DNA from: Candidatus Wolframiiraptor sinensis
GTDB lineage: Archaea; Thermoproteota; Nitrososphaeria_A; Caldarchaeales; Wolframiiraptoraceae
Direction of reading: 5' to 3'
Length of the DNA stretch: 64,000 bases
Assembly: GCA_023261815.1 (NCBI GenBank)
Contig: JALNKA010000001.1
Span: forward strand, 97,347-161,346
A program made the position numbers and the translations under genes. The notes under the pieces are model-generated. The model did not search any database and was not told the origin of the DNA. It was given only the letters and a program-made list of their open reading frames with translations. Shown here piece after piece: positions 19,398 to 27,549 of the stretch (position 1 is its first letter; every line of letters starts with the position of its first letter).

Positions 19398-21704
19398 TTA
19401 GTCAGCCTCCAGATATCCGGCGGCATAAACTTGACCAACGGCGGTTCCACCATCTCCAGGTGGAATCGCCTCATTCGCTCGGATCCTGAGCCCCGAGGCG
19501 CGCTCTATCGCCGATAATATTATGCGGTTGACCGCGGCCCCACCTGAGATGCATATAGTTTTAACACCCAGCTCGCGTGCTTTCTCGGCCGCGGCGAGCC
19601 CGAGGCATTCTCCCAGCACGTATTGCGCCGTGTAGGCTAGATCATGTCTTGAGTTGTTGTCAAGATTCTCCACAAGGGCTCTCATGATCTCGCCGGTCAT
19701 TATGATGAGCGCGCCGCCCTTATCGGAGATGAAGTTATCTAAGCTCTCAATTATCGGCTCTCCGCCATGGGACGCCTCCTCCAGCATTATCGCCGGCTCA
19801 CCCTCATATGTTCTCTCGAAGCAGAGGTTTAGGAGGGCTGAAACGCTGTCCAAGAACCTGCCGGTGCTGGATGTCATGGGCCCCCTTCTCTGCCTGATCT
19901 GGGATAGAACAGCATTGAGCTCCTTGGCCCCATGCTTGAGCCCTCTTAGGAGGCCGCGCTTCCGAATGAACAATTCAACTTCATCTAAATCCATGAACTT
20001 GGAGAGAATTGATGCGAGCATTCTGACGGGTCTGATAGCTGCCAGGTCTCCGCCGGGCATAAGCGAGTATTCTAGGAATCCGGCGCGCTTGAATGCTCCA
20101 TCAGCCCATGTCAAGATCTCGCCTCCCCAGATTGCTCCATCAAGCCCGTAGCCCGCGCCGTCGATCATTATGCCCACAGCAGGCTCCTCTGGGTCGTGGC
20201 CCATCTCAGCCATGACGGAGGCGAAGTGAGCTAAATGATGTTGAACCAGCCTCAGCTCGAGCCCATTGCCGGACGCGTATTTCTCCGCGGCCTTCCTTGA
20301 ATGATAGGCTGGATGAAGATCAGCTGCGATTATGGACTTCCTCTCCTTCAGGCCATAGCACTCCGCGAGGAACTCTAGGTTGCTGATATGCTCCTCGAGC
20401 ACCTTGGGGTTATCCATATCCCCGGAGTATGGGGCTAAAATTATCTTGTCGTCGAATCCAACAGCGCCATTAGTCTCGAGATCTCCTCCAAATGCTATTA
20501 CGGGCTTCCTGAGATTATGCCTGAGCTTGAGAATTCTCGGAGCATAACCTCTCCCATATCGTAGGATCACGAGGCCGCCGTGTGTCGGCCTAACAACAGA
20601 GTCGTCAACTCTGTGAACTATCCTCCTATTATGGGTTAAGATGTAGTCAGCTATGCTCGTGAGCTCCCTTAGCCTCGAGTCATCGCTTATCATCGGGTCG
20701 CCGTGAACATTCCCGCTGGTCATCACGAGGAACTTATCCCTGGTCTCCATGAGGAGCAGGTAATGGAGCGGAGTATATGCGAGCATTATTCCGAGGCTAC
20801 GAAGCGATGGGGCCACGTAGTCGGAGACAGGGCAGCCCTCCCTCCTCGGGAGGATTATTATGGGCTTGATGAATCCGGAGAGCAGCTCGATCAAGTCATC
20901 GGGTATCTCGACTAGCTTACTCGCGACCTCCAGGTTGAGCGCCATTATCGCGAAAGGTCTCCTAGGCCTTCTCTTCCTCCTCCTGAGCTCCGACACGACA
21001 TCATCATCGCTCGCGAGGCAGGCTATATGGTAACCGCCAATTCCCTTAACCGCGACGATCATCCCCTCATCGATGAGCCTCGCCGCCTCACTCAGCGGAT
21101 CTTCGACCTCAACTCTCTCCAGATTCCTATCTAGGAGGAATAGCTTGGGGCCGCATCTAGGGCAGCTTATCCCCTGAGCATGATATCTCCTCTCATTCCA
21201 GAGATCATTATACTCGCTTAAGCACTCGCCGCATAATGGGAAGTCCCTCATCGCGGTATTCTCCCGATCATAGGGCGGCCTGTAGATCATCGAGTACCTG
21301 GGCCCGCACCAGGCGCAGCTGTTGAATGGGTACCTATACCACCTGCTCGCGGGGTTCACTACCTCCTCCAAGCAGTGATTGCATGCCGCAATGTCCTGCG
21401 GAATCTCCGAGGCCATAACTCTCTCACTGCCGCTATCGAGAATCATGAAGTCTTGGAAGCCCGCTGGCTCCAGCTCCTCGATCCTCACGACCTCGAGCTT
21501 GGCCGGCGGAGGATGCTTACTCCGAAGCAGCCTGAGGAACTCATTAACGCGATCATCCTCCGACTCGATGACAATCTCGACCTCGCCGCCGCCGAGATTT
21601 CTCACATATCCCCTCACGCCCGCGATCTTCGCTATTCTCTTGACGAAGGGCCTGAATCCCACGCCCTGAACCATCCCAGTAACGTAGATCCTCAAAGCTC
21701 TCAT
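19398..21704 (-). CDS. hypF: [NiFe] hydrogenase maturation carbamoyltransferase HypF
   Basis: Acylphosphatase domain, two Zn-finger CxxC pairs, and YrdC and Kae1-like domains (768 aa). Confidence 0.9.
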   Translation of the reverse strand: MRALRIYVTGMVQGVGFRPFVKRIAKIAGVRGYVRNLGGGEVEIVIESEDDRVNEFLRLLRSKHPPPAKLEVVRIEELEPAGFQDFMILDSGSERVMASEIPQDIAACNHCLEEVVNPASRWYRYPFNSCAWCGPRYSMIYRPPYDRENTAMRDFPLCGECLSEYNDLWNERRYHAQGISCPRCGPKLFLLDRNLERVEVEDPLSEAARLIDEGMIVAVKGIGGYHIACLASDDDVVSELRRRKRRPRRPFAIMALNLEVASKLVEIPDDLIELLSGFIKPIIILPRREGCPVSDYVAPSLRSLGIMLAYTPLHYLLLMETRDKFLVMTSGNVHGDPMISDDSRLRELTSIADYILTHNRRIVHRVDDSVVRPTHGGLVILRYGRGYAPRILKLRHNLRKPVIAFGGDLETNGAVGFDDKIILAPYSGDMDNPKVLEEHISNLEFLAECYGLKERKSIIAADLHPAYHSRKAAEKYASGNGLELRLVQHHLAHFASVMAEMGHDPEEPAVGIMIDGAGYGLDGAIWGGEILTWADGAFKRAGFLEYSLMPGGDLAAIRPVRMLASILSKFMDLDEVELFIRKRGLLRGLKHGAKELNAVLSQIRQRRGPMTSSTGRFLDSVSALLNLCFERTYEGEPAIMLEEASHGGEPIIESLDNFISDKGGALIIMTGEIMRALVENLDNNSRHDLAYTAQYVLGECLGLAAAEKARELGVKTICISGGAAVNRIILSAIERASGLRIRANEAIPPGDGGTAVGQVYAAGYLEAD

Positions 21705-21759
21705 GAGGTGCCCGGTGGAGAATGGTATCGGGGAGAATAAAAACTAGATCGGAGACCCC

Positions 21760-23058
21760 TCATTCATTGATTATCCTCAGCTTGATAACGTGGACTGAGC
21801 ACGAGATGCATGGATCATAGTTCCTTATCGTCATCTCCACAATCCGCTGCGCAGTCTCCGGCGGCCCTTTCACGATCAGATCCCCAACCTTGAATATGTC
21901 CTCCTCCATCGCCATGTAGTTCTGGGTTGTCGGCGGGATGATGTTCGCGTAAACTATTCTGCCCAGCTCATCTATCCTGTAGCGGCGATAAAGCATCCCC
22001 CTTGGAGCCTCGACTATCGCCGCCGCCTCACCAGCCCTCACCCTCGCATCAACGTATGGCGTCTGCGGCTCGGAGTACTCCTCAACGAGCCTCCCAACCT
22101 CGATTATCGAGTGAAGATTCTCGGCGGCCCTCGCAACGATGCTCTGATAAGTATTCTTGAGCGGAGCCCTATAGCCCGCCGCCTCGAGAACATCTCTAAC
22201 CTCGGGTGCTAGGAGGTCATAGTTTAGGTTGAATCTCGCGATGGGGCCCGTGATGTAGGGCTTGCCGTTCCTCAGCCTGTAATGGAGCCCATTCGAGTAC
22301 ATCTTTTGCTCGACGGTGATGTTCTCCTCGAAGGAGTCCTCGGGAAACTCCCAGCCAAGATTATTCGCGACCAATCCCTCAAGTATCGGATATTCCTTTC
22401 TGCCTTTCAGGGACATTAGTGTCATGTCGTACTGGATGTCAGGCAGATCCATGTTGAGCACGAATTCCAAGAGCTCTTCCCCCTTCCTCCTGATCTCCTC
22501 ATAGTTGCGTGATAATGGCTCAAGCTCCTCCTTTCTGATGATCCTATAGAGCCCTCCAATCCTGAAGCCTATCGGATGGATTGCTCTGCCGCCGATTATC
22601 TCTATTGCTCTATTGCCCCAGTCCCTTACGGCGATCGCGTTCCTGACGAGGTTGGGGTAATCCTTCGCCATCTCGAGCGCCGAGTGATATCCGAGGAAGT
22701 CCGGCGCATGGAGGAAGGCGAAGTGCAGGACATGACTCTCAATCCACTCGCCGTAAAAGGCTATTTTTCTCAGCACCTGTATCTCCTCCGGGACATTTAT
22801 CTCGAGTATCTTCTCCATGGCCCTGCAAGCAGCGAAGATATAGGCCAGCGGGCATATCCCGCAGATCCTCGCCGTTATATCAGGCGCCTCAAGATATGAT
22901 CTTCCACGGAGAAATGCCTCGAAGAATCTGGGAGGCTCGAATATATTGACCTCGACGTAGTCTATCTTGCCGTTCTTCACTCTTACCCAGACTCCTCCTT
23001 CGCCCTCGACCCTCGCCAGCTGGCTGACTTTTATCTCGAAGCTCTTATCCCCGCTCAT
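21760..23058 (-). CDS. hydA: sulfhydrogenase (group 3b [NiFe] hydrogenase) alpha / large subunit
   Basis: RICGICP at the N-terminus and DPCISCSVH at the C-terminus, which are the Ni-Fe ligand motifs. Confidence 0.85.
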   Translation of the reverse strand: MSGDKSFEIKVSQLARVEGEGGVWVRVKNGKIDYVEVNIFEPPRFFEAFLRGRSYLEAPDITARICGICPLAYIFAACRAMEKILEINVPEEIQVLRKIAFYGEWIESHVLHFAFLHAPDFLGYHSALEMAKDYPNLVRNAIAVRDWGNRAIEIIGGRAIHPIGFRIGGLYRIIRKEELEPLSRNYEEIRRKGEELLEFVLNMDLPDIQYDMTLMSLKGRKEYPILEGLVANNLGWEFPEDSFEENITVEQKMYSNGLHYRLRNGKPYITGPIARFNLNYDLLAPEVRDVLEAAGYRAPLKNTYQSIVARAAENLHSIIEVGRLVEEYSEPQTPYVDARVRAGEAAAIVEAPRGMLYRRYRIDELGRIVYANIIPPTTQNYMAMEEDIFKVGDLIVKGPPETAQRIVEMTIRNYDPCISCSVHVIKLRIINE

Positions 23059-23830
23059 ACCTCTCTAGGAACCTCCTTAAGGGCTCAGACCAGCTACTAA
23101 AATTCCTCAACTTGAGGATGACCTCCTCCCTTGGAAGCCCGATCTCCTCGAATCCCCTAGCGAGCGCCTCGGGCTTCGGGTCGATCATCGGGCCAAAGCA
23201 CCCATAGCATCCGCGAGCATAACTTGGGCAGAGGGCGCCGCATCCCTCAACCATTATCGGCCCGAGGCATGGTGTGCCTCGTGACACCATCACGCAGACA
23301 TTTCCCCTGCGCTTGCATTCTTGGCATAGGCTCTCGAGCCTGTGATAGGGCCTCTTCCCGACAAGCACCTGCTTCAAGACGCTCAGGAGCTGGAGCCTAT
23401 TAACTGGGCAGCCGCTGACCTGATAATCCACCTTAATGTGCTCGGATATCGGGGTGGTCTTATCAAGGCTGTTAATCCACTCGGGCCTGGGGTAAACTTG
23501 TCTGACGACATCCCCATGATCCATCCAGTTTCTCAGCGACTGAGGCCCGCCATGGACTGCGCAGGTGCCTATCGGGATCACGATCTTCGAGTTTCTCCTG
23601 ATGCTCTTTACAACCTCCATCTCGTGGGGCGTTGGGATCGATCCCTCGATTAAAGCGACATCATAGGGCCCTGGATCAATCCTGCTGCTGGCCTCGAGGA
23701 AATACGCGATCTCGACCTTCTCAATTATCGAGAGCAGGTCTTCTCCTAGGTTTATCAGCTCATCTTGGCATCCGCTGCATGAAGAGAATTTGAAGACCGC
23801 CAGCCTCAGCTTTCCACCATTCCTGCTCAT
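23045..23830 (-). CDS. hydD: sulfhydrogenase delta / [NiFe] small subunit
   Basis: SCSGCQ, GTCA and GCP cluster-binding motifs. Confidence 0.8.
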   Translation of the reverse strand: MSRNGGKLRLAVFKFSSCSGCQDELINLGEDLLSIIEKVEIAYFLEASSRIDPGPYDVALIEGSIPTPHEMEVVKSIRRNSKIVIPIGTCAVHGGPQSLRNWMDHGDVVRQVYPRPEWINSLDKTTPISEHIKVDYQVSGCPVNRLQLLSVLKQVLVGKRPYHRLESLCQECKRRGNVCVMVSRGTPCLGPIMVEGCGALCPSYARGCYGCFGPMIDPKPEALARGFEEIGLPREEVILKLRNFSSWSEPLRRFLERYERG

Positions 23831-23833
23831 ATC

Positions 23834-24661
23834 TCATCCACCCAGAAGTATTTTTTTAATGAGCCAGTACGGGAACACGGGTCCATTCTTGCGAACGAAG
23901 TAGGGGCCCACCTGGCAGTGGCCGCATAGACCGACTCCGCATTTCATCCTCCTCTCCAGGGAGAGGTAGATTTGATTCTCCTTAAACCCGACTTCCTCGA
24001 GGGCCTTGACCGTGAAACGCATCATTATCTCGGGGCCGCAAACGAGCGCAATAGTCTTTTCAATATTTATCCTAGCCATGGGTATGAGCTCGGTGACGAC
24101 GCCGACGTTATCCCTCCAAGTTTCATCGGGGTGATCAACCGTTAGCAGGAACTCTGTGTTCGGTATCTCCCTATATCGGTCGAACTCATAGCGGTAGAGA
24201 AGGAGGTTAGGCGTCCTCGCACCATAAAGTATGGTGAGCTTACCATATTTTTCTCGGTTTTTCTCGATCTCCAAAATGACCCCCCGGAGTGGAGCTAGCC
24301 CAATCCCGCCGGCCACTATGAGAACATCCTTTCCCACAAGCCTCTCAAGAGGCCAGCCCTTGCCATAAGGCCCCCTTAGGCCCACAATACTTCCCTCGCT
24401 CAGCTTAAACAGGTAATCTGTTAGGGCGCCCACGGACCTCACCGTCTGGACTATGATCCCGCCCTCTTCGCAGCCGCAGATGGAGACCGGTGTCTCGCCT
24501 ACGCCGGGAACATAAATCTCCGTGAATTGTCCGGGTTTAGGCTGCTCCACGAGCCCCCCATGAACTCTGAAGTAAAAGGTCTTGGTATCCGGCGTCTCCG
24601 GCACAACCTTAACTATCTCGGCTCTGCCAGGCGCCATGAGGGTTCTAACTATCTCTTGCAC
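23834..24661 (-). CDS. hydG: sulfhydrogenase gamma subunit (FAD/NAD(P)-binding with 2Fe-2S, PyrK-like)
   Basis: PyrK-like fold ending in a C-terminal CGVGLCGHC motif. GTG start. Confidence 0.8.
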   Translation of the reverse strand: MQEIVRTLMAPGRAEIVKVVPETPDTKTFYFRVHGGLVEQPKPGQFTEIYVPGVGETPVSICGCEEGGIIVQTVRSVGALTDYLFKLSEGSIVGLRGPYGKGWPLERLVGKDVLIVAGGIGLAPLRGVILEIEKNREKYGKLTILYGARTPNLLLYRYEFDRYREIPNTEFLLTVDHPDETWRDNVGVVTELIPMARINIEKTIALVCGPEIMMRFTVKALEEVGFKENQIYLSLERRMKCGVGLCGHCQVGPYFVRKNGPVFPYWLIKKILLGG

Positions 24662-25739
24662 CTCGTCTCCACCTCCTTAACCACATCTCTCACAACCTGC
24701 CTGACATCTATTCCCGCGGGGCACCACGTTATACATCTGCCGCACCCCACGCAGCCGAACGTTCCAAATTGCCTAAGCCAGTACACGAACTTGTGAAGAA
24801 CCCAGTGCCTATACCTAGCATAGAGACTTTTCCTGAAATGTCCTCCCGCAACCTGCGCGTAGCTGTAGCTGTGGCATCCATCTCAGATTCTAATACGTTT
24901 CGCCGATCCATCGAGCTCCGGCTCATCGAGCACGTCGAAGCAGAAGCACGTGGGGCAGACCATGTTGCAGTTCGCGCAGCCGAAGCATTTCTCAGCAGTC
25001 TTCCTGTAAACCTCAGAATTCATCCCTATCTCAAGGGTTTCAGGGAGGTTTTCCAGCGTGAACTCAACTCGAGCTCTCTTGGACGCCTCCAGCATGAGTT
25101 CCTTAAACCGGTCAACCTGCTCATCCTCAGCCGGCCTGAGATTAAGCTCGCTGAGAACATCCACGCCAAGATCGCTTCCCGGCTGAAAGATGACGACGCC
25201 ATCGCCAATTCTGGTGTAGGCTATGTCAAATCCCTTGAACGCGAAGGGGCCGGTGCCCATGGTCGCGCAAAAACAAGTCCCGCCGGGCTCTACGCAGTTC
25301 TCAACTATGAGGAGCAGGTCCTTCCTAACTTTTCTGTAATACTCGTCTCCCAGCTCGCCTTGAACACCATCCATAATGCTTATCGCGGCGAGATCGCAGG
25401 GCTTTATGCCGAAGAAAGCCGTCTTAACAAACTCTAAGCTCGGGTACTCCACGCTCAGATCAGGCTTGATGACGAATAGGAGAAGCTCGGGGGGATATAG
25501 GAATCTCTTCGGCGAGTCCGGGCCGTTCCTGAACCTGCCACCATTATTGGCGACGCGATAATATCCGGGAGCCTGCTCATCCCCATAGCCGTAAGTAATC
25601 TCGTCAATGTCTCGAGCCTAATAGCTGAATCCACGAGCTTAGGCCCTATAACCCGATAACCCCTAGAAGTCACAGCCTTAAATAGCGCCCTAAGCTCATA
25701 CTCTATTCCAGAGTAAATCGGCCCACGAAACAACACTTG
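24649..25739 (-). pseudogene. hydB: sulfhydrogenase beta subunit HydB, with a 1-nt deletion near 25607-25616 and an in-frame TGA (24873-24875) at a conserved Trp position
   Basis: Frame A reads continuously as YRVANNGGRFRNGPDSPKRFLYPPELLLFVIKPDLSVEYPSLEF...CPTCFCFDV...RIRI-TGA-DGCHS...HWVLHKF...GCVGCGRCITWCPAGIDVRQV, ending at stop 24649. The N-terminal 45 aa (MLFRGPIY...SAIRLE) are in a different frame. Confidence 0.65.
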
Positions 25740-25747
25740 TCCCGGAA

Positions 25748-25765
25748 AGGTATAAAAGGTATAAA
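25748..25765 (-). promoter_or_regulatory. tandem direct repeat of AGGTATAAA, giving two TATA boxes upstream of hydB
   Basis: Two adjacent 9-bp copies. The distal copy is centred about 25 nt upstream of the hydB GTG/TTG start, consistent with a leaderless transcript. Confidence 0.45.
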
Positions 25766-25913
25766 GTTGTTATGATTTTAACTTTTCTTTTCTCAACGAT
25801 TCTAGGACTTCAAAATTGTTGCGAATTTGATAAGGTGGTGGCAGGAGGTCGTCCATAAACTGTGGCCACGACCCGCTCGACACTGTGGATGTGATTAAGA
25901 GATCTTTACCATC

Positions 25914-26902
25914 CTATGATTGGGCCATCATCAGCCCCTTCAAGTTCGCACTTTCCACACTCACCATGTCACGGCTCAATTTGACGTTCATGTCTATTAT
26001 TATCTCCGCGATCTCAGCTGAGAGCTCGGCCTGCCTCTTCATGCTCCATATAAACTGCGTGAAGTTCGGGCAAAGCACGTTCACATCACACTTAATCGAC
26101 TTATACCTTAGTTGGTCTACGAGCTCGCTCTCCCCGAATTCCAGGTCCTCGAAATACTTCCTTATGGCCTCATTGGCCAGCTTAACATCCCTCGAGAATA
26201 GGGCTTTCATGACTTTTTCGCGAATATCTCTGCACCGCTCATAATATTTCGTCAATTTTGAAGCGTTTCTTGATCCAGCTCAACCTCGCAAGTTAGTATC
26301 TTTAGGACGCTTCTGGCGCCTAGTTTGGATAAATCTGCCATCCTCTCGAGACAGTATCCCACTATCGCGAGGAAGGATATCTCTGAGGACCGCGTAACCC
26401 CGAGCTTCTCGGCAAAGCCTTTCTTCTTATGAGCTATCGAAAGCGCCCTGGAAAACAGGTAGTAGAGCCTATTGACCTCCTCATCCCTGATCATTACCGT
26501 TTTGGCCAGCTCCCGGTTTCCCTCGATGAACGCCCTGAAATACTCCTCTTGCATAGATGAGGCCAAATTACATATTCTCTCCAGAATCGAGTATATTGGA
26601 GACTTAAGGACATCCAGCATGCATTGTAGAATGACATGCTGCTCATTTTCATCCATTATGGAAACCCCGGTCAATAGTTTCGCCGCCTCGCGAATTTCCT
26701 TAATATGCCTATAATTCAAGCGGGTCTCCGAGGAGACCTCAATCAAATCGACACCGGCAATATAGCTTCCAACAATCAGCCTATGCAGGAGGCCGGGCTG
26801 ATCGCATAAATCCGCGTTTATCCTGCATGCTTCAAGAACGTAATCCGAGCCAGCCTGGGCGGGCCAAAGAATGAGCGAGCCATCATGAGCCTCCTCAACC
26901 AC
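25914..26902 (-). pseudogene. PhoU-domain protein (two PhoU repeats) split by a 1-nt deletion at the A-run 26255-26258
   Basis: PhoU repeat (ELAKTVMIRDEEVNRLYYLFSRAL...YCLERMADLSK) in ORF 26252..26902. The second repeat continues in ORF 25914..26255 in the -1 frame. Confidence 0.55.
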
Positions 26903-27037
26903 GAGGATATCCCCCCGCTGAAGGTTATGCTCCCTAACCCACCAATAAGGTAAAGATATCGCTTAGAGTCCCCTTACCGACACGCTGTATTTTGCGCTGC
27001 TCCATCATATCCATTAGATATATGATATATATCGAGT

Positions 27038-27080
27038 CCTCTTGATACTTATCCGATGTTCTCGGATAAGTATCAAGAGG
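27038..27080. promoter_or_regulatory. perfect 19-bp inverted repeat with a 5-nt spacer (CCTCTTGATACTTATCCGA-TGTTC-TCGGATAAGTATCAAGAGG)
   Basis: Read directly from the sequence. It sits at the 5' end of the nuoE-like gene, just downstream of an AT-rich divergent promoter region (TAGATATATGATATATATCGA). Confidence 0.7.
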
Positions 27081-27485
27081 AACGGGGAAAGGAATTCGGC
27101 GAATCTTATCGAGTCTTTGCAAAAGCTGCAGGAGAGATATGGGTTCTTGCCGAAGGACGCTCTAATGAAGCTTTCCAAGGATGTGGGAGCTCCTTTGAGC
27201 AGGATATTCGGCGTCGCGACTTTCTATCACCAGTTTAAGCTGGAGTCGCCTGGAAAAGTCCTGATCTCGGTTTGCATGGGAACAGCATGCCATCTTAGGG
27301 GCGATGCCAACAACTACGAGTTCCTGAGGAGGTTTTTAAGAATAGCACCAGGCAAATCCGTCAGCGATGATGGCCTATTCTCCTTAGAGAAGGCTAGGTG
27401 CTTCGGCTGCTGTAGCCTGGCCCCAGTAGTGAGAGTTGGCGATAAGCTCATCGGCAAGGCCACGCCCAGGAGCTTCAGAGAATAA
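27042..27485 (+). CDS. NuoE/HoxE/HydC-like thioredoxin-fold [2Fe-2S] protein; the start is uncertain
   Basis: GVATFYHQF...CMGTACHLRG...CFGCCSLAPV motifs. The annotated TTG start lies inside the palindrome. An alternative ATG at 27056 in another frame gives a NuoE-like MFSDKYQEERGKEF start, which would need a frameshift. Confidence 0.7.
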   Translation: MILIRCSRISIKRNGERNSANLIESLQKLQERYGFLPKDALMKLSKDVGAPLSRIFGVATFYHQFKLESPGKVLISVCMGTACHLRGDANNYEFLRRFLRIAPGKSVSDDGLFSLEKARCFGCCSLAPVVRVGDKLIGKATPRSFRE

Positions 27486-27549
27486 TCTCCCAGGTAAGGG
27501 AGTCGATCTTGAGGGAGGAGACTGTTCGCGGAGCTGGAGGCGATAAAAC

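Noticed and set aside
19654-20151. 165-aa antisense ORF inside hypF, and similar antisense ORFs (2747..3226, 33438..33893, 33900..34502, 53193..53813, 62709..63581)
   Set aside because: They sit opposite strongly conserved genes, have Ser/Arg/Pro-rich low-complexity translations, and have no start context. They are six-frame artefacts.
24873-24875. Possibility that the in-frame TGA in hydB encodes selenocysteine
   Set aside because: The codon replaces a conserved Trp, not a Cys. No SECIS-like hairpin is evident in the 3' region. Selenoproteins are essentially confined to methanogens among archaea. A mutation or error is more parsimonious.
25914-25930. C-box-like UGAUGAUG on the minus strand, in a window that also encodes fibrillarin; candidate C/D-box sRNAs in spacers 19313-19397 and 25737-25913
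   Set aside because: The UGAUGA lies inside the coding sequence for LMM at the end of the PhoU-domain gene. No properly spaced D (CUGA), C' or D' boxes with a terminal stem were found in any spacer.
26903-27035. AT-rich near-palindrome TAGATATATGATATATATCGA as a separate regulatory element
   Set aside because: It is most simply read as overlapping TATA boxes for the divergent PhoU-domain and nuoE-like genes. Only the downstream 43-bp perfect palindrome was kept as a distinct feature.
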